Shown one piece after another: positions 30,001 to 41,095 of a DNA stretch of 64,000 bases (position 1 is the first letter of the stretch; every line of letters starts with the position of its first letter). Source of the DNA: Eledone cirrhosa. Lineage: Eukaryota. The translations under genes were made by a program, and so were the position numbers. The notes beneath the pieces are model-generated. The model made no database searches. It worked only from the letters and a program-made list of their open reading frames with translations, and was not told the DNA's origin. The stretch covers positions 38,564,001 to 38,628,000 of the forward strand of contig OZ024750.1 of NCBI GenBank assembly GCA_964016885.1, in the 5' to 3' direction.

Positions 30001-31872
30001 TCTCTTGTGTACATCCTACATTTAATACAGAGTCTCTTGTGTACATCCTACATTTAATACAGAGTCTCTTGTGTACATCCTACATTTAATACAGTCTCTT
30101 GTGTACATCCTACATTTAATACAGTCTCTTGTGTACATCCTACATTTAATACAGAGTCTCTTGTGTACATCCTACATTTAATACAGAGTCTCTTGTGTAC
30201 ATCCTACATTTAATACAGAGTCTCTTGTGTACATCCTACATTTAATACAGAGTCTCTTGTGTACATCCTACATTTAATACAGAGTCTCTTGTGTACATCC
30301 TACATTTAATACAGAGTCTCTTGTGTACATCCTACATTTAATACAGAGTCTTTTGTGTACATCCTACATTTAATACAGAATCTCTTGTGTACATCCTACA
30401 TTTAATACAGAGTCTTTTGTGTACATCCTACATTTAATACAGTCTCTTGTGTACATCCTACATTTAATACAGAGTCTCTTGTGTACATCCTACATTTAAT
30501 ACAGACTCTATTGTGTACATCCTACATTTAATGCAGAGTCTCTTGTGTACATCCTACATTTAATACAGTCTCTTGCGTACATCCTACATTTAAGACAGTC
30601 TCTTGTGTACATCCTACATTTAATACAGTCTCTTGTGTACATCCTACATTTAATACAGAGTCTCTTGTGTACATCCTACATTTAATACAGAGTCTCTTGT
30701 GTACATCCTACATTTAATACAGAGTCTCTTGTGTACATCCTACATTTAATACAGAGTCTCTTGTGTACATCCTACATTTAATACAGAGTCTCTTGTGTAC
30801 ATCCTACATTTAATACAGAGTCTCTTGTGTACATCCCACATTTAATACAGAGTCTCTTGTGTACATCCTACATTTAATACAGAGTCTCTTGTGTACATCC
30901 TACATTTAATACAGAGTCTTTTGTGTACATCCTACATTTAATACAGAGTCTCTTGTGTACATCCTACATTTAATACAGAGTCTCTTGTTTACATCCTACA
31001 TTTAATACAGTCTCTTGTGTACATCCTACATTTAATATAGTCTCTTGTGTACATCCTACATTTAATACAGTCTCTTGTGTTCATCCTACATTTAATACAG
31101 AGTCTCTTGTGTTCATCCTACATTTAATACAGAGTCTCTTGTGTACATCCTACATTTAATACAGAGTCTCTTGTGTACATCCTACATTTAATACAGAGTC
31201 TCTTGTGTACATCCTACATTTAATACAGTCTCTTGTGTACATCCTACATTTAATACAGTCTCTTGTGTACATCCTACATTTAATACAGAGTCTCTTGTGT
31301 ACATCCTACATTTAATACAGAGTCTCTTGTGTACATCCTACATTTAATACAGAGTCTCTTGTGTACATCCTACATTTAATACAGATTCTCTTGTGTACAT
31401 CCTACATTTAATACAGAGTCTCTTGTGTACATCCTACATTTAATACAGAGTCTCTTGTGTACATCCCACATTTAATACAGAGTCTCTTGTGTACATCCTA
31501 CATTTAATACAGAGTCTCTTGTGTACATCCTACATTTAATACAGAGTCTCTTGTGTACATCCTACATTTAATACAGAGTCTTTTGTGTACATCCTACATT
31601 TAATACAGAATCTCTTGTGTACATCCTACATTTAATACAGAGTCTTTTGTGTACATCCTACATTTAATACAGAGTCTCTTGTGTACATCCTACATTTAAT
31701 ACAGAGTCTCTTGTGTACATCCTACATTTAATACAGACTCTATTGTGTACATCCTACATTTAATACAGAGTCTCTTGTGTACATCCTACATTTAATACAG
31801 AGTCTCTTGTTTACATCCTACATTTAATACAGACTCTCTTGTGTACATCCTACATTTAATACAGAGTGTCTT
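1..31872. repeat. Satellite array A, 30-bp monomer AGTCTCTTGTGTACATCCTACATTTAATAC with 32-bp (+AG/+AA) and rare 28/29-bp variants; about 1000 units; continues beyond the left window edge
   Basis: Uninterrupted tandem repetition read directly. Recurrent variants: TCTGG/TCTTG, ATATAG/ATACAG, ACAGAG. Ends abruptly at ...ATACAGAGTGTCTT (~31872). Confidence 0.99.
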
Positions 31873-31952
31873 AGATAAGGTTGATTTATAGAAGTGAAGT
31901 AAGGTACTTCATTTGATTTCTCCATGAAATTATATAGCAACGATATATATAT

Positions 31953-31954
31953 AT

Positions 31955-32032
<78 letters not shown>
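31953..32032. repeat. (TG)n microsatellite
   Basis: Direct reading. Confidence 0.95.
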
Positions 32033-32035
<3 letters not shown>

Positions 32036-32117
32036 AGTTCTATTTAAATTGTTGGGATACAACAAGCAAATATTTTTATAACTGATATAAAGCACTCAAC
32101 AAATTATTGGAGTAAAA

Positions 32118-32273
32118 ATACGATATATTAACAAATGGAAACTATATTTATAAAACTATATTTATTTCATTATACATATTTCAAGGACACCATAATTTAA
32201 CTTGGTGTCCTTGAAATATTTATAATGAAATAAATATGGTTTTATAAATATAGTTTCCATTTGTTAATATATC

Positions 32274-32277
<4 letters not shown>
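32118..32277. repeat. Near-perfect 160-bp hairpin (about 75-bp arms, 10-nt loop), MITE/foldback-like
   Basis: Left arm ATACGATATATTAAC...TCAAGGACACCA (32118-32192), loop TAATTTAACT, right arm TGGTGTCCTTGA...TAATATATCGTAT (32203-32277); about 2 mismatches. Confidence 0.9.
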
Positions 32278-32355
<78 letters not shown>

Positions 32356-32362
32356 GGCATAA

Positions 32363-32690
32363 ACACACACACTTCATCATCATCATCGTTTAACGTGCAT
32401 CTTCCACGCTAGCATGGGTTAGACGGTTTTGTTCCATTTGACGCCGGATTGGTCGTACGGAAGTGTCTCTGGCAGGTTTTCTACGGCTGGATACTCTTCC
32501 TTACACCAACCACTTTTACAGTGTGGACTTGGAGCCTGTTTACCGTGTCTCCTACACGACCACTTTACAGTGTGGACTGAGTGTTTTTTGTTGTGTCACC
32601 TACATGACCACTTTACAGTGGACGGAAGTGGGAGGACTGAGTAGGAGGTGTGGGTTTAAGAGGTGCCTACTGACTGTAGGTTTGTAAAAT
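32363..32690 (-). mobile_element. Non-LTR retroelement (LINE/SINE) 3'-tail fragment with (CAT)n end; mirrored at ~33210-33535
   Basis: CATCATCATCATCGTTTAACGTGCATCTTCCACGCTAGCATGGGTTAGACGG head; a diverged copy occurs at ~38109-38165; three internal ACCACTTTACAGTGTGGAC subrepeats; flanked by direct repeat ATATACGGCATAA. Family assignment from recollection of cephalopod repeats. Confidence 0.55.
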
Positions 32691-32777
32691 ATATACGGCA
32701 TAAGCACATGTTACTACCTAATTTTCAAATTCGCTAGCCGCTTCTAAACAAAGACTGCTTTGTGTTTCTCTATTTAT

Positions 32778-33121
<344 letters not shown>

Positions 33122-33543
33122 ATAAATAGAGAAACACAAAGCAGTCTTTGTTTAGAAGCGGCTAGCGAATTTGAAAATTAGGTAGTAACATGTGCTTATG
33201 CCGTATATATTTTACAAACCTACAGTCAGTAGGCACCTCTTAAACCCACACCTCCTACTCAGTCCTCCCACTTCCGTCCACTGTAAAGTGGTCATGTAGG
33301 TGACACAACAAAAAACACTCAGTCCACACTGTAAAGTGGTCGTGTAGGAGACACGGTAAACAGGCTCCAAGTCCACACTGTAAAAGTGGTTGGTGTAAGG
33401 AAGAGTATCCAGCCGTAGAAAACCTGCCAGAGACACTTCCGTACGACCAATCCGGCATCAAATGGAACAAAACCGTCTAACCCATGCTAGCGTGGAAGAT
33501 GCACGTTAAACGATGATGATGATGAAGTGTGTGTGTTTATGCC

Positions 33544-33587
<44 letters not shown>

Positions 33588-33621
33588 GATATATTAACAA
33601 ATGGAAACTATATTTATAAAA

Positions 33622-33723
<102 letters not shown>

Positions 33724-33985
33724 GCTATGGTTATATAGCTTCTAATTGAATGGAAGGAAGCATGGGTGGCATGTTAGTGTATGGTAACATATTGGTCTGG
33801 AAAATCAAAGATGTGGTTTCGTGTTCCATGTACGTCAATACTCAACCTTTTTGCCATCCAGAGGGTTTTATTAAAATCCCAACTAGCAGACTAATTCTAT
33901 TTAGTCAAATACGGCATAAGCACATGTTACTACCTAATTTTCAAATTCGATAGCCGTTTTTAAACAAAGCTTGCTTTATATCTCC

Positions 33986-34071
<86 letters not shown>

Positions 34072-34096
34072 ATGTGTGTGTGTGTATATACATCGC

Positions 34097-34814
34097 CATG
34101 AAATTATATATCAACAAAACAATTGTATATTTCCTCATTAAATTATATAATCCCGAAACAATTTTATATCCCCCCCCCATTAAATTATATAATCCCGAAA
34201 CAATTGTATATTTCCCCATTAATTATATAATCCCGAAACAATTGTATAGCTCCCCCCATTAAATTATATAATCCCGAAACAATTGTATATTTCCCCATTA
34301 AATTATATAATCCCGAAACAATTTTATATTCCCCCCCCATTAAATTATATAATCCCGAAACAATTGTATATTTCCCCATTAATTATATAATCCCGAAACA
34401 ATTGTATAGTTCCCCCATTAAATTATATAATCCCGAAACAATTGTATATTCCCCCCATTAAATTATATAACCCCCGAAACAATTGTATATTTCCCCATTA
34501 ATTATATAATCCCGAAACAATTGTATATTTCCCCCATTAAATTATATAACCCCCGAAACAATCGTATAGTTCCCCCATTAAATTATATAACCCCCGAAAC
34601 AATTGTATATTTCCCCCATTAAATTATATAATCCCGAAACAATTGTATATTTCCCCCCATTAAATTATATAATCCCGAAACAATTGAATATTTCCCCCAT
34701 TAAATTATATAACCCCCGAAACAATTGTATATTTTCCCCATTAAATTATATAACCTCGAAACAATTGTACGTTTCCCCATTAAATTATATAACCCCGAAA
34801 CAATTGTATGTTTC
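34097..34814. repeat. Minisatellite, ~39-42-bp unit CCCCATTAAATTATATAATCCCGAAACAATTGTATATTT, about 18 copies, abutting the kinase exon
   Basis: Tandem units that vary mainly in C-run length. Confidence 0.95.
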
Positions 34815-34820
34815 AACTAG

Positions 34821-35122
34821 GCTATGGTAGTTTCTCCATTGTGAAATTGGCTCGCCACCAGTGCAAGAAACCTGATTTAGTAGCCATTAAAATTATCAGC
34901 CTTTCAAAAGTTCCTGTCACATACCAGAAGCATTTCCTATCAAGGGAACTGGAATTCTGGCCCAAACTGGATCATCCACACATTGTTAAGTTCTATGAAA
35001 GTTTCGAAGAATTAGAACGAGTCTATATTGTATTGGAATATGTGTCCAACGGTGATATGATGTCTTATATACAGAAGTTTGGAGCTCTTTCGGAGTTGAA
35101 GAGTAAAAAATATATTACCCAG
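34821..35122 (+). CDS. TSSK-like Ser/Thr kinase, N-lobe coding exon (starts after acceptor AG at 34819-34820, or from the in-frame ATG at 34808)
   Basis: Translates GYGSFSIVKLA (Gly loop), VAIKII (catalytic Lys), KHFLSRELE (helix C, like TSSK KFLPREL), LDHPHIV, VYIVLEY. Ends CAG|GTTAGT, a phase 0 donor at 35123. Confidence 0.92.
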
Positions 35123-35303
35123 GTTAGTATTTTTTTCGTTTCCTTTCTTTGTATTCTTTACTCTTAACATCCTGTACCACATGAAACCACATTAATAAGA
35201 CATTCTTGGAAAATACAAAACAGCACTATGACTGAATCACATTAAAAATTAAAGCCTTTATTCCGTACTAATAATGTCCACAATATGTCTTCTAAAGACA
35301 CTC

Positions 35304-37289
35304 TAGAAGGTCAGATAGAATGGTAGAGTGGTTAGAAGGTCAGATAGAATGGCAGAGTTGTTAGAACGTCAGATAGAATGGCAGAGTTGTTAGAACGTCA
35401 GATAGAATGGTAAAGTCGTTAGAACGTCAGATAGAATGGTAGAGAGGTTAGAACGTCAGATAGAATGGTAGAGTCGTGAGAACGTCAGATGGAATGGTAG
35501 AGTGGTTAGAAGGTCAGATAGAATGGCAGAGTTGTTAGAACGTCAGATAGAATGGTAGAGTGGTTAGAACGTGAGATAGAATGGTAGAGTGGTTAGAACG
35601 TCAGATAGAATGGTAGAGTGGTTAGAAGGTCAGATAGAATGGTAGAGTGGTTAGAACGTCAGATAGAATGGTAGAGTGGTTAGAAGGTCAGATAGAATGG
35701 TAGAGTGGTTAGAACGTCAGATAGAATGGTCGAGTGGTTAGAACGTCAGATAGAATGGTAGAGTGGTTAGAACGTCAGATAGAATGGTCGAGTGGTTAGA
35801 AGGTCAGATAGAATGGCAGAGTTGTTAGAATGTCAGATAGAATGGTAGAGTGGTTAGAAGGTCAGATAGAATGGTAGAGTGGTGAGAACGTCAGATAGAA
35901 TGGTAGAGTGGTTAGAACGTCAGATAGAATGGTAGAGTGGTTAGAAGGTCAGATAGAATGGTCGAGTAGTTAGAAGGTCAGATAGAATGGTCGAGTGGTT
36001 AGAAGGTCAGATAGAATGGTAGAGTGGTTAGAACGTCAGATAGAATGGTAGAGTGGTTAGAAGGTCAGATAGAATGGTCGAGTGGTTAGAAGGTCAGATA
36101 GAATGGTAGAGTGGTTAGAACGTCAGATAGAATGGTAGAGTGGTTAGAAGGTCAGATAGAATGGTCGAGTGGTTAGAAGGTCAGATAGAATGGTAGAGTG
36201 GTTAGAACGTCAGATAGAATGGTAGAGTGGTTAGAACGTCACATAGAATGGTAGAGTGGTTAGAACGTCAGATAGAATGGTAGAGTGGTTAGAACGTCAG
36301 ATAGAATGGTAGAGTGGTTAGAAGGTCAGATAGAATGGTAGAGTGGTTAGAACGTCAGATAGAATGGTCGAGTGGTTAGAACGTCAGATAGAATGGTAGA
36401 GTGGTTAGAACGTCAGATAGAATGGTCGAGTGGTTAGAAGGTCAGATAGAATGGCAGAGTTGTTAGAATGTCAGATAGAATGGTAGAGTGGTTAGAAGGT
36501 CAGATAGAATGGTAGAGTGGTTAGAACGTCAGATAGAATGGTAGAGTGGTTAGAACGTCAGATAGAATGGTAGAGTGGTTAGAAGGTCAGATAGAATGGT
36601 CGAGTAGTTAGAAGGTCAGATAGAATGGTCGAGTGGTTAGAAGGTCAGATAGAATGGTAGAGTGGTTAGAACGTGAGATAGAATGGTAGAGTGGTTAGAA
36701 GGTCAGATAGAATGGTCGAGTGGTTAGAAGGTCAGATAGAATGGTAGAGTGGTTAGAACGTCAGATAGAATGGTAGAGTGGTTAGAAGGTCAGATAGAAT
36801 GGTCGAGTGGTTAGAAGGTCAGATAGAATGGTAGAGTGGTTAGAACGTCAGATAGAATGGTAGAGTGGTTAGAACGTCACATAGAATGGTAGAGTGGTTA
36901 GAACGTCAGATAGAATGGTAGAGTGGTTAGAAGGTCAGATAGAATGGTCGAGTGGTTAGAAGGTCAGATAGAATGGTCGAGTGGTTAGAACGTCAGATAG
37001 AATGGTAGAGTGGTTAGAACGTCAGATAGAATGGTAGAGTGGTTAGAAGGTCAGATAGAATGGTAGAGTCGTTAGAACGTCAGATAGAATGGTAGAGTGG
37101 TTAGAACGTCAGATAGAATGGTAGAGTCGTTAGAAGGTCAGATGGAATGGCAGAGTTGTTAGAACGTCAGATAGAATGGCAGAGTTGTTAGAATGTCAGA
37201 TAGAATGGCAGAGTTGTTAGGATGTCAGATAGAATGGCAGAGTTGTGAGAATGTCAGATAGAATGGCAGAGTTGTGAGAATGTCAGATA
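35304..37289 (+). repeat. Intronic 29-bp minisatellite TTAGAACGTCAGATAGAATGGTAGAGTGG, about 68 copies, derived from the SINE 5' (A-box) head
   Basis: 29-bp period; runs directly into the SINE body at 37290; the unit matches the single-copy SINE head at 39812-39845 (- strand). Confidence 0.95.
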
Positions 37290-37410
37290 TATTGCTTTGC
37301 AGTATTCGTTTCGACCCTCTGCTTTCTGAGTTCAAATCCCGCCGAGGTCAATTTTGCCTTTCATCCATTCAAGATAGATTAAAGTACCAGTCTAATACTG
37401 GGGTCAATTC
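37262..37410 (+). mobile_element. tRNA-derived SINE (family 1)
   Basis: A-box-like TGGCAGAGTTG, B-box GAGTTCAAATCC (37328-37339), then CGAGGTCAATTTTGCCTTTCATCC...AAAGTACCAG shared with five other copies in the window. Confidence 0.85.
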
Positions 37411-37568
37411 TTCCTCTATATCTGTTTCTTACTTCCATTCTCTCACTTTCTGTATTCTTCTCTTGAAGAAATCTGCTGAAAATGGGTTCCACCAGGTTTT
37501 AAAATGCTTTAGAAACGCCGTATATCAATATAGTGCCCCTACGGTTCTCTCGAGAGTTACGAGACCAT

Positions 37569-37609
<41 letters not shown>

Positions 37610-37611
<2 letters not shown>

Positions 37612-37958
37612 ACGGGTAAAATTCCCGAGATCCACGGTCGAGTTCTCTCCAGTGGTCTCTGTCCCTGCCATGTCCTGCGTCTCCAAGAGACCAGTGTCTG
37701 TCCTTAGGGCATCAACATATGTCAACCTCGGTCTTCCTCTGCCAGTGTGTCAATGCAGGGGCTCCCGCGGGAGTACTGAGTGCAGTGTCAACTCTGGATG
37801 TCGGTGAGCATGTCCAGCTAACCTCAGTCTCCTCTGTGTCACTTTTGAGCTGACTTTTGGGAGGCTCCCGTACAGCTCTGAGTTCTTCATCCTCAGTGTA
37901 TACTGATTAATGTTCAGAGCTATCCTCAGCATTCTCGTGTAGCACCCTTCCACCATGC
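37610..37958 (-). mobile_element. Degenerate RTE-clade LINE ORF2 C-terminal fragment
   Basis: Minus-strand translation EGCYTRMLRIALN...NSELYGSLPKVSSKVTQRRLRLAGHAHRHPE...GRPRLTYVDALRTDTG, the typical post-RT C-terminus of RTE-type elements; interrupted by a stop/frameshift near 37750. Confidence 0.8.
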
Positions 37959-38283
37959 AAATCCGTGTATAACTCTTTGTAATTTACACACACACACAAA
38001 CACAAACACACATAAACACAAGTCATATTCTACCTCAGTCATACTGCTACAATACGAAGACGCCTTTCCAATCACAATGTTTTGGGTTCTAATCCTACAT
38101 TTCACCTTCATTATCATCATCACCGTTTAACATCTATTTTCCACATTAGCATGAATTAGATGAATTCTCCCGTTGTGAGACGGATCTGGTGACAGTGTGC
38201 TGTTCACAAACAACTCTTCCTTGTCTGTAAATTCTTATTTCTCCAAAATTACTCATATATTGTATCCTATGTCATTGGTACAT

Positions 38284-38630
38284 AAATTGTTTCTACTTTA
38301 GGCACAAAGCCAGCAAATACCCAGTGCATTACTGGTACTTTATTTTATCGACCCCCGTAAGGATGAAAGGCAAAGTCAACCTCGGCGGGATTTGAACTCA
38401 GACCGTAAAGGGACGTAACTATGCTGGAAAGCATGGCTAATAATAATAATAATTGTTTCTACTTTAGGCACAAGGCCAGCAATTACCCAGTGCATTACTG
38501 GTACTTTATTTTATCGACCCCGTAAGGATGAAAGTCAAAGTCAACCTCGGCGGGATTTGAACTCAGATCGTAAAGGGACGTAACTATGCTGGAAAGCATG
38601 GCGTCCGACCCTCTACCGATACTGCCAATC
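38284..38630 (-). mobile_element. Two tandem family-1 SINE copies (38284-38437 5'-truncated; 38438-38630 with (TAA)n tail)
   Basis: Repeated CTGGTACTTTATTTTATCGACCCC...GGATGAAAGGCAAAGTCAACCTCGGCGGGATTTGAACTC (reverse-complement B-box). Confidence 0.85.
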
Positions 38631-39094
38631 GTACATATATACAATTACATAAATATACAAATATGTATGTAATTATAACCTATAAATAGAATATTACAAT
38701 GTTGTTCTTATCTTTAATGAAATTCCCATGTCAGTAAGTCCGTAATCACATAAACTATAGGACCTCTCTTATGCAGACCTTAAATTTACCAAACGCAAAT
38801 TTCTTAGTTTATGTGACTGTTCATATATCTGGTAATCATAGCATAAACAGACTCTCAAACTTAGAAACATTCGGCAATATATATATATATATATATATCC
38901 ATTGGGTGTAACTAGGAGTTACTGCAGGTTCACCCGGGTGAGCACTCGATGTTTAGGTTCACTTCTGTGATGATGTGTAGAGCTATACAGAGTGTACAGA
39001 TTATTGAGTCGAGTAGGATCGACATAGATCGAACCTTGAGCTGATCAGTGGCGAAACGTGCGTCACCTATCAATAAATACAATGAAGAAATAAT

Positions 39095-39096
<2 letters not shown>

Positions 39097-39184
<88 letters not shown>

Positions 39185-39185
39185 A

Positions 39186-39221
<36 letters not shown>

Positions 39222-39245
39222 TGTATGTATGTATGTATGTATGTA

Positions 39246-39310
<65 letters not shown>
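39097..39310. repeat. Compound microsatellite (TA)n/(TATG)n/(TG)n
   Basis: Direct reading. Confidence 0.95.
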
Positions 39311-39450
39311 TCTACGGACATGTTGTCAGAAGGTCTAAGGAAAGAAACGCTGGAATAGATTTTACGGGCGAAACCAGACCAGCCGGCGAGCGACCCAGGA
39401 AGTCTCTATGTGGAAGATCAACCTACAAGTAAGAGAGTCCAAGTGTCCCT
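39311..39450 (+). mobile_element. RTE-like LINE 3' fragment
   Basis: Translates [12 protein letters not shown]...ERPRK (GHVxR...RP motif); shares TAGATTTTACGGGCRAAACCA with the fragment at 45690-45900 (-). Confidence 0.55.
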
Positions 39451-39618
39451 CAAATCAGACCGTCACCCCTTATCTTGAATATAGAAGGAGATATTGTACA
39501 ATGAGTTGTATGTATGGTCTCGTTTTTTAAAACTTGGTGGAGCTCATCTCCTCTGCAGGTCTGAGTCTGAATACACCAGATTTCTTTCAGAGAGAGATAG
39601 AGAGTGAGAGAACGGAAG

Positions 39619-39654
<36 letters not shown>

Positions 39655-39699
39655 CGGAAGAGAGAGAGATATATATATAGAGAGAGAGAGAAGAAGAAT

Positions 39700-39852
39700 C
39701 TACCCCAGTACAAGACTGGTACTTTTTTATCGACCTTAAATGGATGAAAGGCAAAGTTGACCTCGGTGGGATTTGAACTGAGAGTAGAGAGTCGGAACAA
39801 ATATCACAAAACACTCTATCCAACGTTCTAACGACTCTGCCATTTTGTCGCC
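39700..39852 (-). mobile_element. Family-1 SINE with intact single-copy head
   Basis: Reverse complement reads GGCGACAAAATGGCAGAGTCGTTAGAACGTTGGATAGAGTG...CAGTTCAAATCCCACCGAGGTCAACTTTGCCTTTCATCC...AAGTACCAG. Confidence 0.85.
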
Positions 39853-40114
39853 TGGTACAATGAGTTTCTGATATACAAAAACAAGGGCGGAGGAAGCATT
39901 TCTAAATCGGGAGGACAGAGGGGGTCGATGTAGTTGTAGTGATTAGTTTAGCTGTTATCAAATATCAACCAAGATATATAAAATCTTCGATATGCGATAA
40001 ACATAGCATGTAGATAAATTGTAGCGTATATACAAATAGATGTGTGTTTTGGTAGTTTGGGGAGAAAAATATAATTATGGGGGGAGGGGGGGAGGGCATG
40101 CCACAACATATATT

Positions 40115-40270
40115 GCAGCATATAGTTATGCCTCTTTACGTTCAGAGTTCGAATCCCACCGAGGTTTAGCTTTGCCTTTCATCCTTACGGGGTCGATAAA
40201 ATAAAGTACCAGTAATACATTGCGGTCGATGTAATCGACTCTCCCCATCCCTCTGGCTTTGTACCAATTA
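40115..40270 (+). mobile_element. Family-1 SINE, 5'-truncated
   Basis: GAGTTCGAATCCCACCGAGG...TTTGCCTTTCATCCTTACGGGGTCGATAAAATAAAGTACCAG. Confidence 0.8.
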
Positions 40271-40514
40271 TTTTCCTATGAAAATGATATCTGTTCCTGT
40301 ATTTGGAAGTAACAATGACGTTTTAAAACTGAGAAATAATATATACAGGCTTGAGGGTGGAAAGAAACTTCCTATTGGAAATTACTTACAACGTTTAGCC
40401 TATTGTGACCATTGGGGACAACATCCATATCCTCATATTCGTACAAGATGGACCCCCCCCCCCTCCCCATCTTGCACACACTGTCCGTGAGTGGCTTGAT
40501 GTACAATTTCCTTT

Positions 40515-40910
40515 TACATTCTGAGTTCAAATCTCGCTGTGGTTAACTTTACCTTTCATCCTTACAGGGTCGGTAGTGTAAAGTACCAGTAATGCACTGG
40601 GATCGATCTAATAGACTTTCCCATTCCCCAAAATTGCTGGCCTTGTGCCTTAACGCCCCGAGGTTAACTTTGTATTTCGTCTTTACGCAGTCGATAAAGT
40701 AAAGTACCAGTAATGCACTGGGATCGATCTAATAGACTTTCCCATTCCCCAAAATTGCTGGCCTTGTGCCTTAACGCCTCGAGGTTAACTTTGTATTTCG
40801 TCTTTACGCAGTCGATAAAGTAAAGTACCAGTAATGCATGGGACTCAATCTAATAGACTTTCCCCTCCCCCAAAATGGTTGGCCTTATGTCTAAATCAGA
40901 AACCATTGTT
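40515..40910 (+). mobile_element. Family-1 SINE with its ~121-bp 3' half triplicated in tandem
   Basis: One B-box (GAGTTCAAATCT) followed by three copies of GGTTAACTTT...AAAGTACCAGTAATGCA...TAATAGACTTTCCC...GGCCTT near 40540, 40660 and 40780. Confidence 0.85.
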
Positions 40911-41095
40911 TGTTTTGCTGTTGATGTATTTTTGTTAATTGTTTGTTATGTTTTGTTTTGTTTTATTTACTAATACAGACGATCAATAGGTTTTCTAAGG
41001 TGCTACAGTTGTTGTGTTTTGTTTAGAGTTTTTGTATGTTTTCTTACTAAATTTTGACCGTTTTTTTTTTGGTTTTTTTTTTCTATTCGACACAG

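Noticed and set aside
1-31872. Long ORFs of (MYTRDCIKCR)n, (VLNVGCTQET)n, (VHPTFNTVSC)n and (VYILHLIQSL)n, superficially like Cys-rich repeat proteins
   Set aside because: The 30-bp unit is a multiple of 3 and lacks stops in several frames on both strands. 32-bp units shift frames freely and variants show no codon-position pattern.
33750-33783. Candidate kinase exon 1 (ATG...TAT G|GTAACA), phase-compatible with the acceptor at 34820
   Set aside because: Weak donor, and MEGSMGGMLVY does not resemble a TSSK N-terminus (expected ...GY...LG). Not supportable without transcripts.
35123-35167. Read-through of the first kinase ORF to 35167 and the 41054-41095 start of the second ORF
   Set aside because: Intronic donor and polypyrimidine sequence; splicing 35122 to 41096 restores a contiguous kinase domain.
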